DNA from: the human T2T-CHM13v2.0 reference genome, Homo sapiens
Strand: one strand, 5' to 3'
Assembly (NCBI RefSeq): GCF_009914755.1
Contig: NC_060934.1
DNA length: 64,000 bases
Part shown: positions 39,690-56,133 of the stretch, in pieces
Numbering within the stretch: the first letter of the stretch is position 1
Layout of the letters: every line of letters begins with the position of its first letter
Program-made: the position numbers and the translations under genes
The notes under the pieces: model-generated
Database searches by the model: none
Seen by the model: the letters and a program-made list of their open reading frames with translations, nothing else
What the model was told of the DNA's origin: nothing

Positions 39690-40530
39690 TTATGGGGCTT
39701 TTTTGGGGAATAAACATAGAAATTGACTGTTAGACCATTCTTGCATTGCTATAAAGAAATACCTGAGACTGGGTAATATAAAGGAAAGAGCTTATAAAGG
39801 GAAGAGGTTTAATTGGTTCAGGTTCTGCAGGCTTTACAGGAAGCATGTTGCTGGGATCTACTTGGCTTCTGGTTGAAGCCTCAGCTTTCGGTCATAGCAG
39901 AAGGCAAAACAGGAGCAAGAGAGAGGGAGTTGGGGCAAGTGCCACATACTTTTAGATGACCAGATCTTGGGAGAATTCAGTATCAGGAAGACAGCACTAA
40001 GCCATATGAGGGTTCCATCCCCATGATCACCTCCCACCAGGACTTACCTCCAGCACTGGGAATTACATTCAACATCAGATTTAGGCAGGCAAAAATATCC
40101 AAAGTATAGGATTGACCTCCCAGTCTTAAAGGTTGAGAAATTTAACATTTGTCATCTGAGTTTCTTTCTCAATAAACCAATCGTTAGGACTCTCACATAG
40201 TTTTACGGACCTGAAACTTTACAGAGAACCACAACTGGACAATGAGACCTGTTGGCAGTTGACTAACTCCTCTTCCTTCTCTCTCATTCCTGTTTTCCCA
40301 CAGGTGGTTACAATGAGATGCTAGACCTCTCATCTAACCACCTGCTGCCTGTTGATCATCTTCCTTACTCCCCTTAATTCCTGTCTATATAAACTCCTAA
40401 CTTTAGTTGGGAGAGAGACAGATTTGACGGTTAGACTGACAGCATCCACAATAAAGCTCTTCCCTGGCAATACTCGTCTTAGTGACTGGCTTTCTGTATA
40501 GTGAGCAACCACACCTAGGCCAAACAACAC
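39690..40530. mobile_element. MER34/MER39-like LTR containing an MST LTR (39729-40110)
   Basis: aataaacatagaaattgac|MST|attgacctcccagtctt; nested with attgac duplicated. Confidence 0.6.
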
Positions 40531-42655
40531 ATTTGTTCTACTTGATCCTCTGAGCTAATATCTTTGCCTTATAAAAACTTGCCTCACAGCCACTCAGATC
40601 AGGGGATGGCCAATGAGGAAGAAACCATTAAGAACTATGTTATCCAGTTTTGTCTAGGGCTGCTGTGATCGGGCAGTTCACTGTGCAGTGAGAAGCCTCC
40701 AGAGCAACATGCAGCAGCCCTATCATCACCGTTTTCCTCCTCCATCTAGCAGAAATCTTCGCACACTTGTGAAGCCAACTATAGCCATAACTGCACCCCA
40801 GGCCGAAGCTTTTTGCTAATAACTAATGAGCTAGAAAGGTGGGGTTGGCCCATTTCTCTGTGCATTGTATCTAAGCCATGTAGTTTGGGCCCTAGAAAAG
40901 AGCTCTACCTAATAATGAGCTATTCTGCCAAACAGTCAACTGAGGATTTAAAAACTTGGACTTGTAGGGACTTTCAGTATTCTCTAATAAAGATGCACTC
41001 TATGTCCATATCTTTTCGTGTTTTCAAGTGCAAAAAGTAAACATTTTTGCTCAGATATTCCAGTTACCAAATAATTCATATGATGGTATTGGATTGACCC
41101 CCAAAAAATGTAAGATGAGAAACTGGGAAAGGCTGATATGTTCACCTCCTCCCATGTTCATGGAATGGGAGATGTACCTAGTGAGATTTGTAGTTGTATG
41201 GAGCTTGCCGCTGGCTTTTTCTGGACTAGTTTGAGACACTCAAGCCCCAGAATCCTTTAAAAATCAGTAAGGTCTAGAGCGAGGACCCTCAGAATGTCTG
41301 CTCTTTTCATCTTTTCACTTACGCTAACCACTTTCTTCACTGATGACAAGCACTCAAATTGTATTTCTCTCTTTAATACTAATATACAAGTGTTAGAAAT
41401 GAAAAATAGTAAACAAAGGATGTATATAATGTGTGTGATACTTGGCTTTAAATGAAACCAGTAATGTTCCAACTAAAGATGTGCTTTCCTAGTGTTACAC
41501 AGCTCATTCAGGTGGTGAATTTCTCTAAGTGCACTACTGGTATATGATGAGTAGTTGCAAGGGGCCAGTTTGTTAGTAGAACACCTGGGTTAGAGGCTCT
41601 CCCACTTCCTCCTACATCTGTCTCTGGTTCTCCACTCATTTCAGGACCCCTTTCCTCAGCTTCTCTAACATACCAAGCCTGCATCTACTTTCAGCAGGAT
41701 GCCATTGACACAGAGGTAAATACTAGCCGAATTCGTGACTTCAACAGAATTTGAGCTGAAGTAAGTATTTGCAGAAGTATAACAAACTCAATATAATGCA
41801 TGCCACAAAAGAGGTGTGGTCGTAGTGCCAAGGAAGCAGAATGAAAGAACTGCATTTTCAGGTAGAACAAGAATAAGAAAGTTACCTGAAAAAAGTGACA
41901 ATTTACGCTGATTTTAATACTTGGTATAATTCTAGTGGGCAGAGAAACACATAGGCAGTTGAAACTGAGAGAGGGTGGTTATCTAATGTAATAGTTAGGG
42001 GATGTTTGGGGCTGTGAGTCATGCAGTTTGGTTAATGAGTGGGGAAAAAATGTAAGATCTATGTGGAGAATCTAGAAATTTGCTGTTGGAAACAAACTGA
42101 AGAACATGGAAAGATATCTGCACTAAAGTGTGGGATGTAATTGTGTTTTAGAACCTAATCAGAAGATTTTAATATGCACTGAGCAATAAAAGTCTAGGGG
42201 TGAGGAGGGGGTTAATATAATAGGAGGAAGGATGCACAGAGGACTTAACAGGCTTAACTAATTCATTAATTTATGTCGGGCCCTGGGGTTATGGTGTTAA
42301 GCAAAAATAGCCATATCACAATCAAATGCAGTGGGAGAAATTAAGTAATTGCACACATCTGAGCATAATCATGGCAGAGATGTATACTCAATAGAAGCAA
42401 TCTCAATCTAGGAAGATTTGAGTACTCAGTCCTAGTACTTACTAGGAGTGATTGAGAATATTATACTTTCTGTCACAAATGGTTCCCTGTTAAAAAGTTT
42501 GAGTTTTATCTTTTCGATAATGAGACACCATTGAAAATTTTGGATCAGGAACTAAAATTTAAAAAGTCATTTTTTTCCATATTTCTTCCAATCATGTTTT
42601 CTTCTTTCTAAAGATTTACATTACATGATGTACACCATGACATTCTGGAATCTGA

Positions 42656-43031
<376 letters not shown>

Positions 43032-43250
43032 AATGAAATTCTTTACATAATGTTTCTGTGAGCACTCAGTAACTCATCCATAACAGTGTAGAAACTCAAC
43101 TTACATTGTAGCTTTCTAGATAGTGGATTTTTCCTTCCCTACATTGCATTGTTCAATTTTCTAGAGTTATAATTAGGCATATTTGGTTATATTTTTTGGC
43201 TGGTAAAAAGTCAAAATAAGAGGAGGCATAGTGATCTTAAGAACTTCAGA

Positions 43251-43624
43251 ACTCCAGCCTGGGTGACAGAGCAAGACTCTGTCTAAAAAAAAAAAAAAAA
43301 AACTATTATTTTTTATTTTTAACTTTTATTTTAGGTTCAGGGGTATATGTGCACATTTGTTTTATAGGTAAATTGTGTGTTGCAGGGCTTGGTGTACAGA
43401 TGGCCACCCTCCACCTTGAGTAGTCCCTGGTGTCTGCTGTTCCCTTCTTTGTGTCCATGTGTACTCAATGTTTAGCTTTCACTTATAAGTGAGAACATGA
43501 GGCATTTAGTTTTCTGTTTCTGTGTTAAAAAACTATAACTTGGCTACTCTGCCTATGGAGTAGCCATTCTTTTTCCTTTACTTTCTCAATAAACTTGCTT
43601 TCACTTAAAAAAAGAACTGTAGCT
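43251..43624. mobile_element. Nested cluster: Alu 3' stub (+), L1P 3' fragment (-), poly(A)-tailed LTR fragment (+)
   Basis: See finding; shared aaaaacta-type target repeats. Confidence 0.65.
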
Positions 43625-43849
43625 TCAAAACATGTTTCTATGCATCTCATAAAACTGCCATTAGAGATTTCATGTATTAGGTTTATCATTTTCCACTATA
43701 TTTAGGTACAATTTAAGTACTTGCCTTCAAATTTATTGCCAAAAACCCCTTATCCCAACTAACATATGTTTGTAGTTTTGGGTTTTGTTTGTTTCTAAAA
43801 ATCAGTGTTCTTACTTGTTCCATCCTGATTTCAAAATTGTGAGGATGAT

Positions 43850-47285
<3,436 letters not shown>

Positions 47286-47299
47286 TGTTGCTTGTTTTT

Positions 47300-48853
47300 T
47301 ATTTTTAAATTATACTTTAAGTTCTAGGGTACATGTGCACAACATGCAGGTTTGTTACATATGTATACATGTGCCATGTTGGTGTGCTGCACCCATTGAC
47401 TCATCATATACACTAGGTATATCTCCTAATGCTATCCATCCCCCCTCCCCCCACCCCATGACAGGCCCCAATGTGTGATGTTCCCCACCCTGTGTCCAAG
47501 TGTTCTCATTGTTCAATTCCCACCTATAAGTGAGAACATGCAGTGTTTGGTTTTCTGTCCTTGTGATAGTTTGCTCAGAATGATGGTTTCCACTTTCATC
47601 CATGTCCCTACAAAGGACATGAACTCATCCTTTTTTATGGCTGCATATACTCCATGGTGTATATGTGCCACATTTTCTTAACCCAGTCTATCATTGATGG
47701 ATATTTGGGTTGGTTCCAAGTCTTTGCTATTGTGAATAGTGCCGCAATAAACATACATGTGCGTGTGTTTTTATAGCAGCATGATTTATAGTCCTTTGGG
47801 TATATACCCAGTAATGGGATGGTTGGGTCAAATGGTATTTCTAGTTCCAGATCCTTGAGGAATTGCCACACTATCTTCCACAATGGTTGAACTAGGTACA
47901 CCAATCAGACGTAGATTTGGTCTTTTCACATAGTCCCGTATTTCTTGGAGGCTTTGTTCATTTGTTTTTACTCTTTTTTCCCTAAACTTCTCTTCTTGCT
48001 TCATTTCAATCATTTGATCTTCAATCACTGATACCCTTTCTTCCACTTGATCGAATTGGCTACTGAAGCTTGTGCATGCATCACATAGTTCTCGTGCCAT
48101 GGTTTTCAGCTCCATCAGATCATTTAAGGTCTTCTCTTTGCTGTTTATTCTAGTTAGCCATTCGTCCAATCTTCTTTCAAAGTTTTTAGCTTCTTTGCAA
48201 TGGGCTCGAACATCCTCCTTTAGCTCAGAGAAGTTTGTTATTACCGATCGTCTGAAGCCTTCTTCTCTCAACTCATCAAAGTCATTCTCTGTCCAGCTTT
48301 GTTCTGTTGCTGGCGAGGAGCTGTGTTCCTTTGAAGGAGAAGAGGTTCTCTAATTTTTAGAATTTTTACCTTTTCTGCTCTGGTTTCTCCCCATCTTTGT
48401 GGTTTTATCTACCTTTGGTCTTTGATGATGGTGACATACAGATGGCGTTTTGGTGTGGATGTCCTTTCTGTTTGCTAGTTTTCCTTCTAACAGTCAGGAC
48501 CCTCAGCTGCAGGTCTGTTGGAGTTTGCTGGAGGTCCACTCCAGACTCTGTTTGCCTGGGTATCACCAGCGGAGGCTGCAGAATAGCAAATATTACAGAA
48601 TGGCAAATGTTATTGCCTGATCCTTCCTCTGGAAGCTTTGTCTAAGAGGGGCACCTGGCCGTATGAGGTGTCAGTCGGCCCCTACTGGGAGGTGCCTCCC
48701 AGTTAGGCCACTCAGGGGTCAGGGACCCACTTGAGGAGGCAGTCTGACCATTCTCAGATCTCAAACTCTGTGCTGGGAGGACCACTACTGTCTTCGAAGC
48801 TGTCAGACAGGGACATTTTTAAGTCTGCAGAAGTTTCCACTGCCTTTTGTTCC
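47300..48853 (-). mobile_element. L1PA4/5-like element with a large internal deletion
   Basis: Partial 5' UTR plus ORF1 N-terminus joined directly to the ORF2 C-terminus/3' UTR at 47894-47895; TSD tgttgcttgttttt at 47286-47299 and 48854-48867. Confidence 0.9.
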
Positions 48854-49084
48854 TGTTGCTTGTTTTTGATATGCGTTATAAGTTTTTGTTCCTTACTTCC
48901 TTCATTACTGCCTTTTTACATAATTTTTTGTTATGAAACTTTTGATTCTTATCTCACTTACTTATACGTATATTCTTTAGATATCTACTTGGTAGTTACT
49001 ATAGGGATTACATCTAGCATCCTAAAGTTATAACAATATAATTTGAATGGATACCACTTAAATAGCATACAAAAACTGTTTCTT

Positions 49085-49382
49085 GGCTGGGTGCAGTGGC
49101 TCATGCCTATAATCCCAGCACTTTGGGAGGCCAAGGCAGGTGGATCATGAGATCAAGAGATTGAGACCATCTTGGCCAACATTGTGAAACCCCGTCTCTA
49201 CTAAAAATACAAAAATTAACTAGGCGTGGTGGTGCACACCTGTAGTCCCAGCTACTCAGGAGGCTGAGGCAGGAGAATCGCCTGAAACTGGGAGGCGGAG
49301 GTTGCAGTGAGCTGAGATCATGCCACTTGCACTTCAGCCTGGTGACAGAGTGAGACTCCGTCTCAAAAAAACAAAACAAAAC
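49085..49382 (+). mobile_element. Alu (Sc-like)
   Basis: TSD caaaaactgtttt. Confidence 0.9.
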
Positions 49383-49567
49383 TGTTTTTCTACAATTTCA
49401 TCCTACTTTCTGTTGTTAATGCTACAGACTGCATCTTTATTCATTGTGTGCTTAATAATATAGATTACTAATTATTTTTACACATTTGTCTTTTAAATTC
49501 TATAGAAAATAGAAAGTTAGATTACAAACCAAAATCAGAAAACAAAATTATTCTTTATAATTGTCCA

Positions 49568-49926
49568 TGTATTAGTCTGTTCTCAAATTGCTATTAAGGA
49601 AGTATCTGACACTGGGTATTTAAAAAGAAAAGAGGTTTAATTGACTCAACAGTTCTGCATGGCTGAGGAGGCCTCAGAAAACTTAAAATCATGACAGAAG
49701 GCACCTCCTCACAGGCGGCAGGGGAGAGAATGACATCCAGCAGGGGAAATGTTAGAAGTTTATAAAACCATCAAATCTTGTGAGAAATCACTCTCACAAG
49801 AACAGCATGGGGAAAACCACCCTCATGATTCAATTACCTCCCACCAGTCCCTCTCACAACACATGGGGATCATGGGGATTACAATTCAAGATGAGATTTG
49901 GGTGGAGACACAGCCAAACCATATCA
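49568..49926. mobile_element. THE1D-like MaLR LTR
   Basis: tgtattagtctgttctc...gacacagccaaaccatatca. Confidence 0.8.
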
Positions 49927-50073
49927 GAGGCTTCAGTTACTGTCTAACTTTCTTTCATTTTAACCTGAAGGAATCTCTTTAGCATATATTGCAGGGCAGG
50001 TCTATGGAAAAATGAACCCCTTTAGCTTTAAAAACTTTTTTTGAGAGTGTCTTCATTTATATCTCATTCATGA

Positions 50074-50434
<361 letters not shown>

Positions 50435-53348
50435 CAAAGCATTTTAAATATATTCAGACACTAACTTCTGGCCTCTAAGGTTTCTCATGAGGAATTGGCT
50501 GATAATATCACTGATGGTTTGTTGTATGCGATGAGTCACTTCACTTTTGTTGCTTTCAATATTCTCTGTCTTTTAATATTTTGATTATAATGTATCATAG
50601 TATGAGTATTATTGAGTTTATCCTGTTTGGGGTTTGTTGAGCATCTTTGACTTGTAGATTCATCTTTTTGCATAAAATTTGGGAAGTTTTTAGGCATTAT
50701 TTATTCAAATATTCTTTTTGCCCCAGTCTGTCTTCTCCTACTGGGATTCTCATGCTACATATGTTTGTTTGTTTGATGGTATCTCACATATTCCCTAGGC
50801 TCTCTTCAGTTTTTATCACTTTTTTCCTTTCTTTTCCTCAGAGTCAGTAATTTCAATGGTTCTTTCTTCAAGTGTATTTATTTATTTTTTGGCTTGCTTA
50901 AATCTGCTCTTAAACCCCTCTAGAGTATTTTCAGTTATTGTACTTTTCATTTCTAGAATTTCTTGGCTTTTATAATTTTATATCCTTTTTTGAATAAACA
51001 TTTTTTCAGACATCATTTTCCTGTTTCGTCCATGTCTTCCTTAGCTCTTTGAATACATTTAGGACAGTTGTTTAAAAGTCTTTTTCTAGCAGTAAGTCTG
51101 ACATACTCATCCAGGCTTCCTTGGGTTTTGATTTATTTGGCTCCTTTAAGTGGATTATACTTTCCCCTTTTTTATGCCTTCTTTGTTGTTTTTGTTGTTG
51201 ACTGGACTCTGAACCTTATAATGCAGAAACTGGAAAGCAGATATTCCCTCTTCCTCCAGGGCTTGTTGGGCTTTAAAAAATGTTTTATGGTGTTCCTTAT
51301 TGGAGATCAGCCTGAGGTAAAAACTTAAGGTCTTATTCAGGTCATTACTGGGCCTTTGTCTTTCCCTAGGCAGGTATGTTGGCTTTCTAAATTCTCTCAC
51401 ATATGCAATTACTTTTTAGTCTCCAAAAACAGGTGTATCCCTTTTGAATCCCTTGGTGGCTACTTCAGTTTATGGAGGTTGGATAACTGGTGACCAGCCT
51501 ACATGCCCACACCACATTTATCAGAGAAGCACTCCATAATTAGAACACAGAGCCCTGGTGTTTGGAAGGCCAGGTCTTTATTGTCTACCCTGGCTCCAGC
51601 AAGACCTTTCACCCTTGAATGTGGGTTATGGACCCCAATGCCACATGACATGAGACTATAGAGACTGTGGTTGGGGGATGGTAGTTGCAACCCTGCTCGT
51701 GGCTTAAATAAAGCAAAGATTACCATAATGTACCAGCCAAGCTGTCCCCTGGAAGCTGCAAGTGTTCAAAATAAACTACGGAGGTTTAAAATGTTTGCCT
51801 CAGCCAATTTCTTCCAATATAATTGTGCAGATAGAGATGGATTTTTGGTATTTTGTACTTTGCCATTTGTCTTGACTTCATTCTCCTAAGGATCAGTTTT
51901 AATAGTGAAGCATAATTACTCTTTGAAGCATGTTAGTTTTCCTGTATTGGAAGTCCTAATTTGTTCCTCTTTTGTTAAATTTAAAATGTGTATGACTCAT
52001 TATATTGGCATCCTGAAATAAATAACTCTTTGTAATCCAGACATTTTGATTAATCAGAAAATTACACTAACATCCTAGTCAATTAAATGTCTATGCAGCA
52101 CTGTGGTCCCACTTTGCAGAGTGACTATAATTGCCTTGCTTTGCCATTAGTAATTGTTCTAGAGTGTGAAATAATTGTAAGTGTATGAAAGCTCTTGTAG
52201 AGAGAACTTCACCTAGGCTTGTGGCATTCACTATTAAAGCAATGAGTGCCTTCTGGGGACAGTCAGCTCAACTGACTTCAAATTTTTGCAGAGTGTCATC
52301 ACAAACACTAAGTATAGATTTCAGTTTGAAAAACTTTAAATTTACCTTTTATTGCAGTGTTTGGTGGTATAAATGCAGCTAAAAGCATGAGTTAACAAAG
52401 TGAGATTTAGAAAGGAAATGTCATTGACTGCCTGAGCTATGTACTTCATGGAATATGTTTTTGTAATAAAGCCCCTAGAAAATCGGGAAACTTATGAAAC
52501 AAGCTTTACATATGTATATGCATACATATATGTTTAAAACTTATATTGGACTAAGGTTAGAATACTTAGTGAGGTCTAAAATGACAAATGGGGTGTGAGA
52601 ATGTAAGCAAAGTAAACAAGGACTGTCAGTTCTTAATTTATTAGCAGCACATGCTCACCAGGAACCCGTTGTCTTAAAGCCAATCCCCTGAGAACAAACA
52701 GCATTGAGTCTGAAATTCAAATTTCCCAGAATGGAAAATGATGAGCCCTAGAATTTTAGAGTCTTGTCATTAAATTTGCAAAGTTCAGTTACACCACAGC
52801 CCAGCTACTTACCAAGTGCCTTATTACTCTTCTCTTTGGGCCTACTTAACCCAACTAAAGAATCAGGGAGTCAGACTAAATATCCATAAAGGTCCTCCTA
52901 AAGACACATCCTCTGGTTCATTTTGAATATCTAACTTAACATTCTGTCCCTGCAGGTGTTCTTTTTTATAGCATCATTTTAGAGCTGTAGCCTATCTGCA
53001 GAGGAAGAGCTACAGGCAGGTTTGGAGTGCATGAGTTCATTACAAATACCGTGTTTTATAAATTGATGCCAGTGTTCTTGACCTGTCTTGTGAACAACTG
53101 GGACCTTATTTCCTGTGTCACTCTCTCCCCTTTGCATCTTAACACTTTCAGCTAGTCTTAGAGGTTTCCATTGAGTTCTGAGGACAGACTTTCAGAATCC
53201 TCATTCTCTTGCTTCCTTTCCTCCAGAGATATTTCTGTTCATTATTGTCCTTATTATGTGTTTTTTTTTTCTGATTATGAGGCAACTAAAATCATCTGAT
53301 TATTGATCACTGTGTTGAACCTCTAACTGTATTTCTTCAATGGTTTGA

Positions 53349-53645
<297 letters not shown>

Positions 53646-54279
53646 GACATATTTTTCATAGTTAATATTGCTAGTCAGTATGAGTTTTTAAATGTGCATA
53701 TTTCGTTTACTATTTTTCTTCCTTCAAGCCTCTGAAAATATTGATGGTGTCTCAAAATTAATAATTTATTGATTGAAAAAATTCCATTGATCTATTCATA
53801 TTTATTTATAACGTACCAAATCTAGTGCAATAAGTAGTCCCAGGAATTTGGTTCCCATTTGGGAGTTATACTTGAATTTCATTTATAAACCCAATTTCTC
53901 TCCTCTGGCACATGTATTCATAATCATCTTAGCATGCTTTTAGTTGTTACAGATGAGGTAACTGCAGTTTGATGTTTACTCTACACTCTTTTTCACCTGC
54001 AAATGTTAGCTAGAGCTGCGTGGTCCTATAAGTTTGCTGTACCCTTGATAAAAGAACTTACATTTTATAATCATTGCTATGGCTGTACTGGATCGTGGAT
54101 CCATAACTCTACAGGTTTGTCAAACACTACCAAATGCTACACCACAAACACTGATCTTTATTCTTTGCTTATTAAAACAAGCAACCAACCAGGTTAATGT
54201 ATTCCAAGAGGAAAAAGAAATTGACCAAACTAACTTTGGAAAATGGTAATTTGACTGCATAAGGTTTACACAAACTGAG

Positions 54280-55790
54280 CTGTGTGTAAACACGGTATCT
54301 AGTTGGTAATTTTATCACAGGGACAAAAGTTAATTCTGACATTACTTTTCATTTTCATTTACACTAGGCTAGAGAAAATGAATAAGTTGTAGAGAATGTG
54401 AGCTAGATTCCTCACTGTTACAGAAGGAAGTTATAAGTTAGAAAGGGTACAAGACTAGAAAAAATCCTGTGGTGCCAGATTAGAGTTAAAAATATCAATA
54501 TATACGCAGATAGATATGTAGATAAGATAGACTCACAGAGAGATGGTAGTTAGGCAGATAGATAGATAGACAGATACATATACATAGAGATTGATAGATG
54601 ATGTATATACATGGGTTAGGACACACTATTGCTTGTTCTGTCTGCTAAGAGATACATGCATCCCGTAAGCAATGAGCATAAATCTTGGTTTCTAAATAAC
54701 ATTCTCCAATATAATGATTCAGATCTCTGGAGCAATGTTTGCTTCTAGGACTGGGGCAGTGAAAACATAAGATGATCCTGGAGCATCCTGATGTGCCAGC
54801 AGGCCAGAAAGTGCTCAAAACACAAGGATGTGGCATGCGTCGTAATCCAAAGTAAAATATAAAGAGACGTGAGTCCATACTATGCAAATACATTGTTAAT
54901 TAAATGAATGAGAAGGAAGAGACTAATCTTTCCCATGGAAGAATTTCAAATAATTTATGTAGAAAACATGAGGGCAAAGAAAATCACCATTAGAACACTA
55001 TAGTGATAGTGGCTGTTGGCAAGATCCAATGAGGGACCCATATTAGTGGGTGAAACTTGAGGAGGAAACAGGGTATTTGCAAAGCCTGAAAGTATCTTTA
55101 ACCGAATATTTACTAATTACCATGGTTGTTTTAATATACACTCACAAATATATTGTTATTTCTGCCTTAAAGAGGTGGAGTTTAATTTTCCTCTCCTTAA
55201 GTGTGGGCTGGATTTAGTGACTCAATTTTAACATATAGAGGATGGAAGGGAAAAATAACCTCGCAGAGGAGCAACCTGGCAGACACAAGCTAAACCGAGT
55301 GATTGCGGTTCATGTCACCAGTGATGCCTTATCCCCATAGGATGTGATGAAAAGGCCACCTCACCTCTGCAACATTCTTCCCTCAAATCCATAATCCTAG
55401 TCTAGTCAGACAAACATAAACCAAGGGAACTCCACACATATCCAACTGGTTTTCAGCAAAAGTGCCAAGGTCATGAAAAACAGAAAAGATTGAGACACTG
55501 TCACAGAGTCAAAGACACTAACACATCATGATGAGCAAACATGGCACAGTACCCTGTATTGGATCCTGGAACCAATAATAATAATAGAAAAGTGGCAAAA
55601 TCCAAATGAATTGTATAGTCTACTTATAGTATTATACCAATGTTAATTCTTCTTAGTGTTGTTAAATATATTATAGTTACATGAGATGTTAACCTTAGGG
55701 GAAGTTAAAGGCATATTGAAACCATCCACACTATCTCTGGAACTCTTCTCAAAATCTAAAATTACTTCAAAATAAAAATTTTTTAAATCA
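54280..55790 (+). mobile_element. L1MC/MD-like 3' end
   Basis: Motifs such as ggatcctggaac, gtattataccaatgttaatt, taaaattacttcaaaataaaaa. Confidence 0.6.
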
Positions 55791-55807
55791 GGAAAGAGGC
55801 TAAAGCG

Positions 55808-56133
<326 letters not shown>

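Noticed and set aside
47890-47900. Spliced L1 (SpIRE) explanation for the internal deletion
   Set aside because: The junction lacks GT donor / AG acceptor geometry relative to the L1 consensus.
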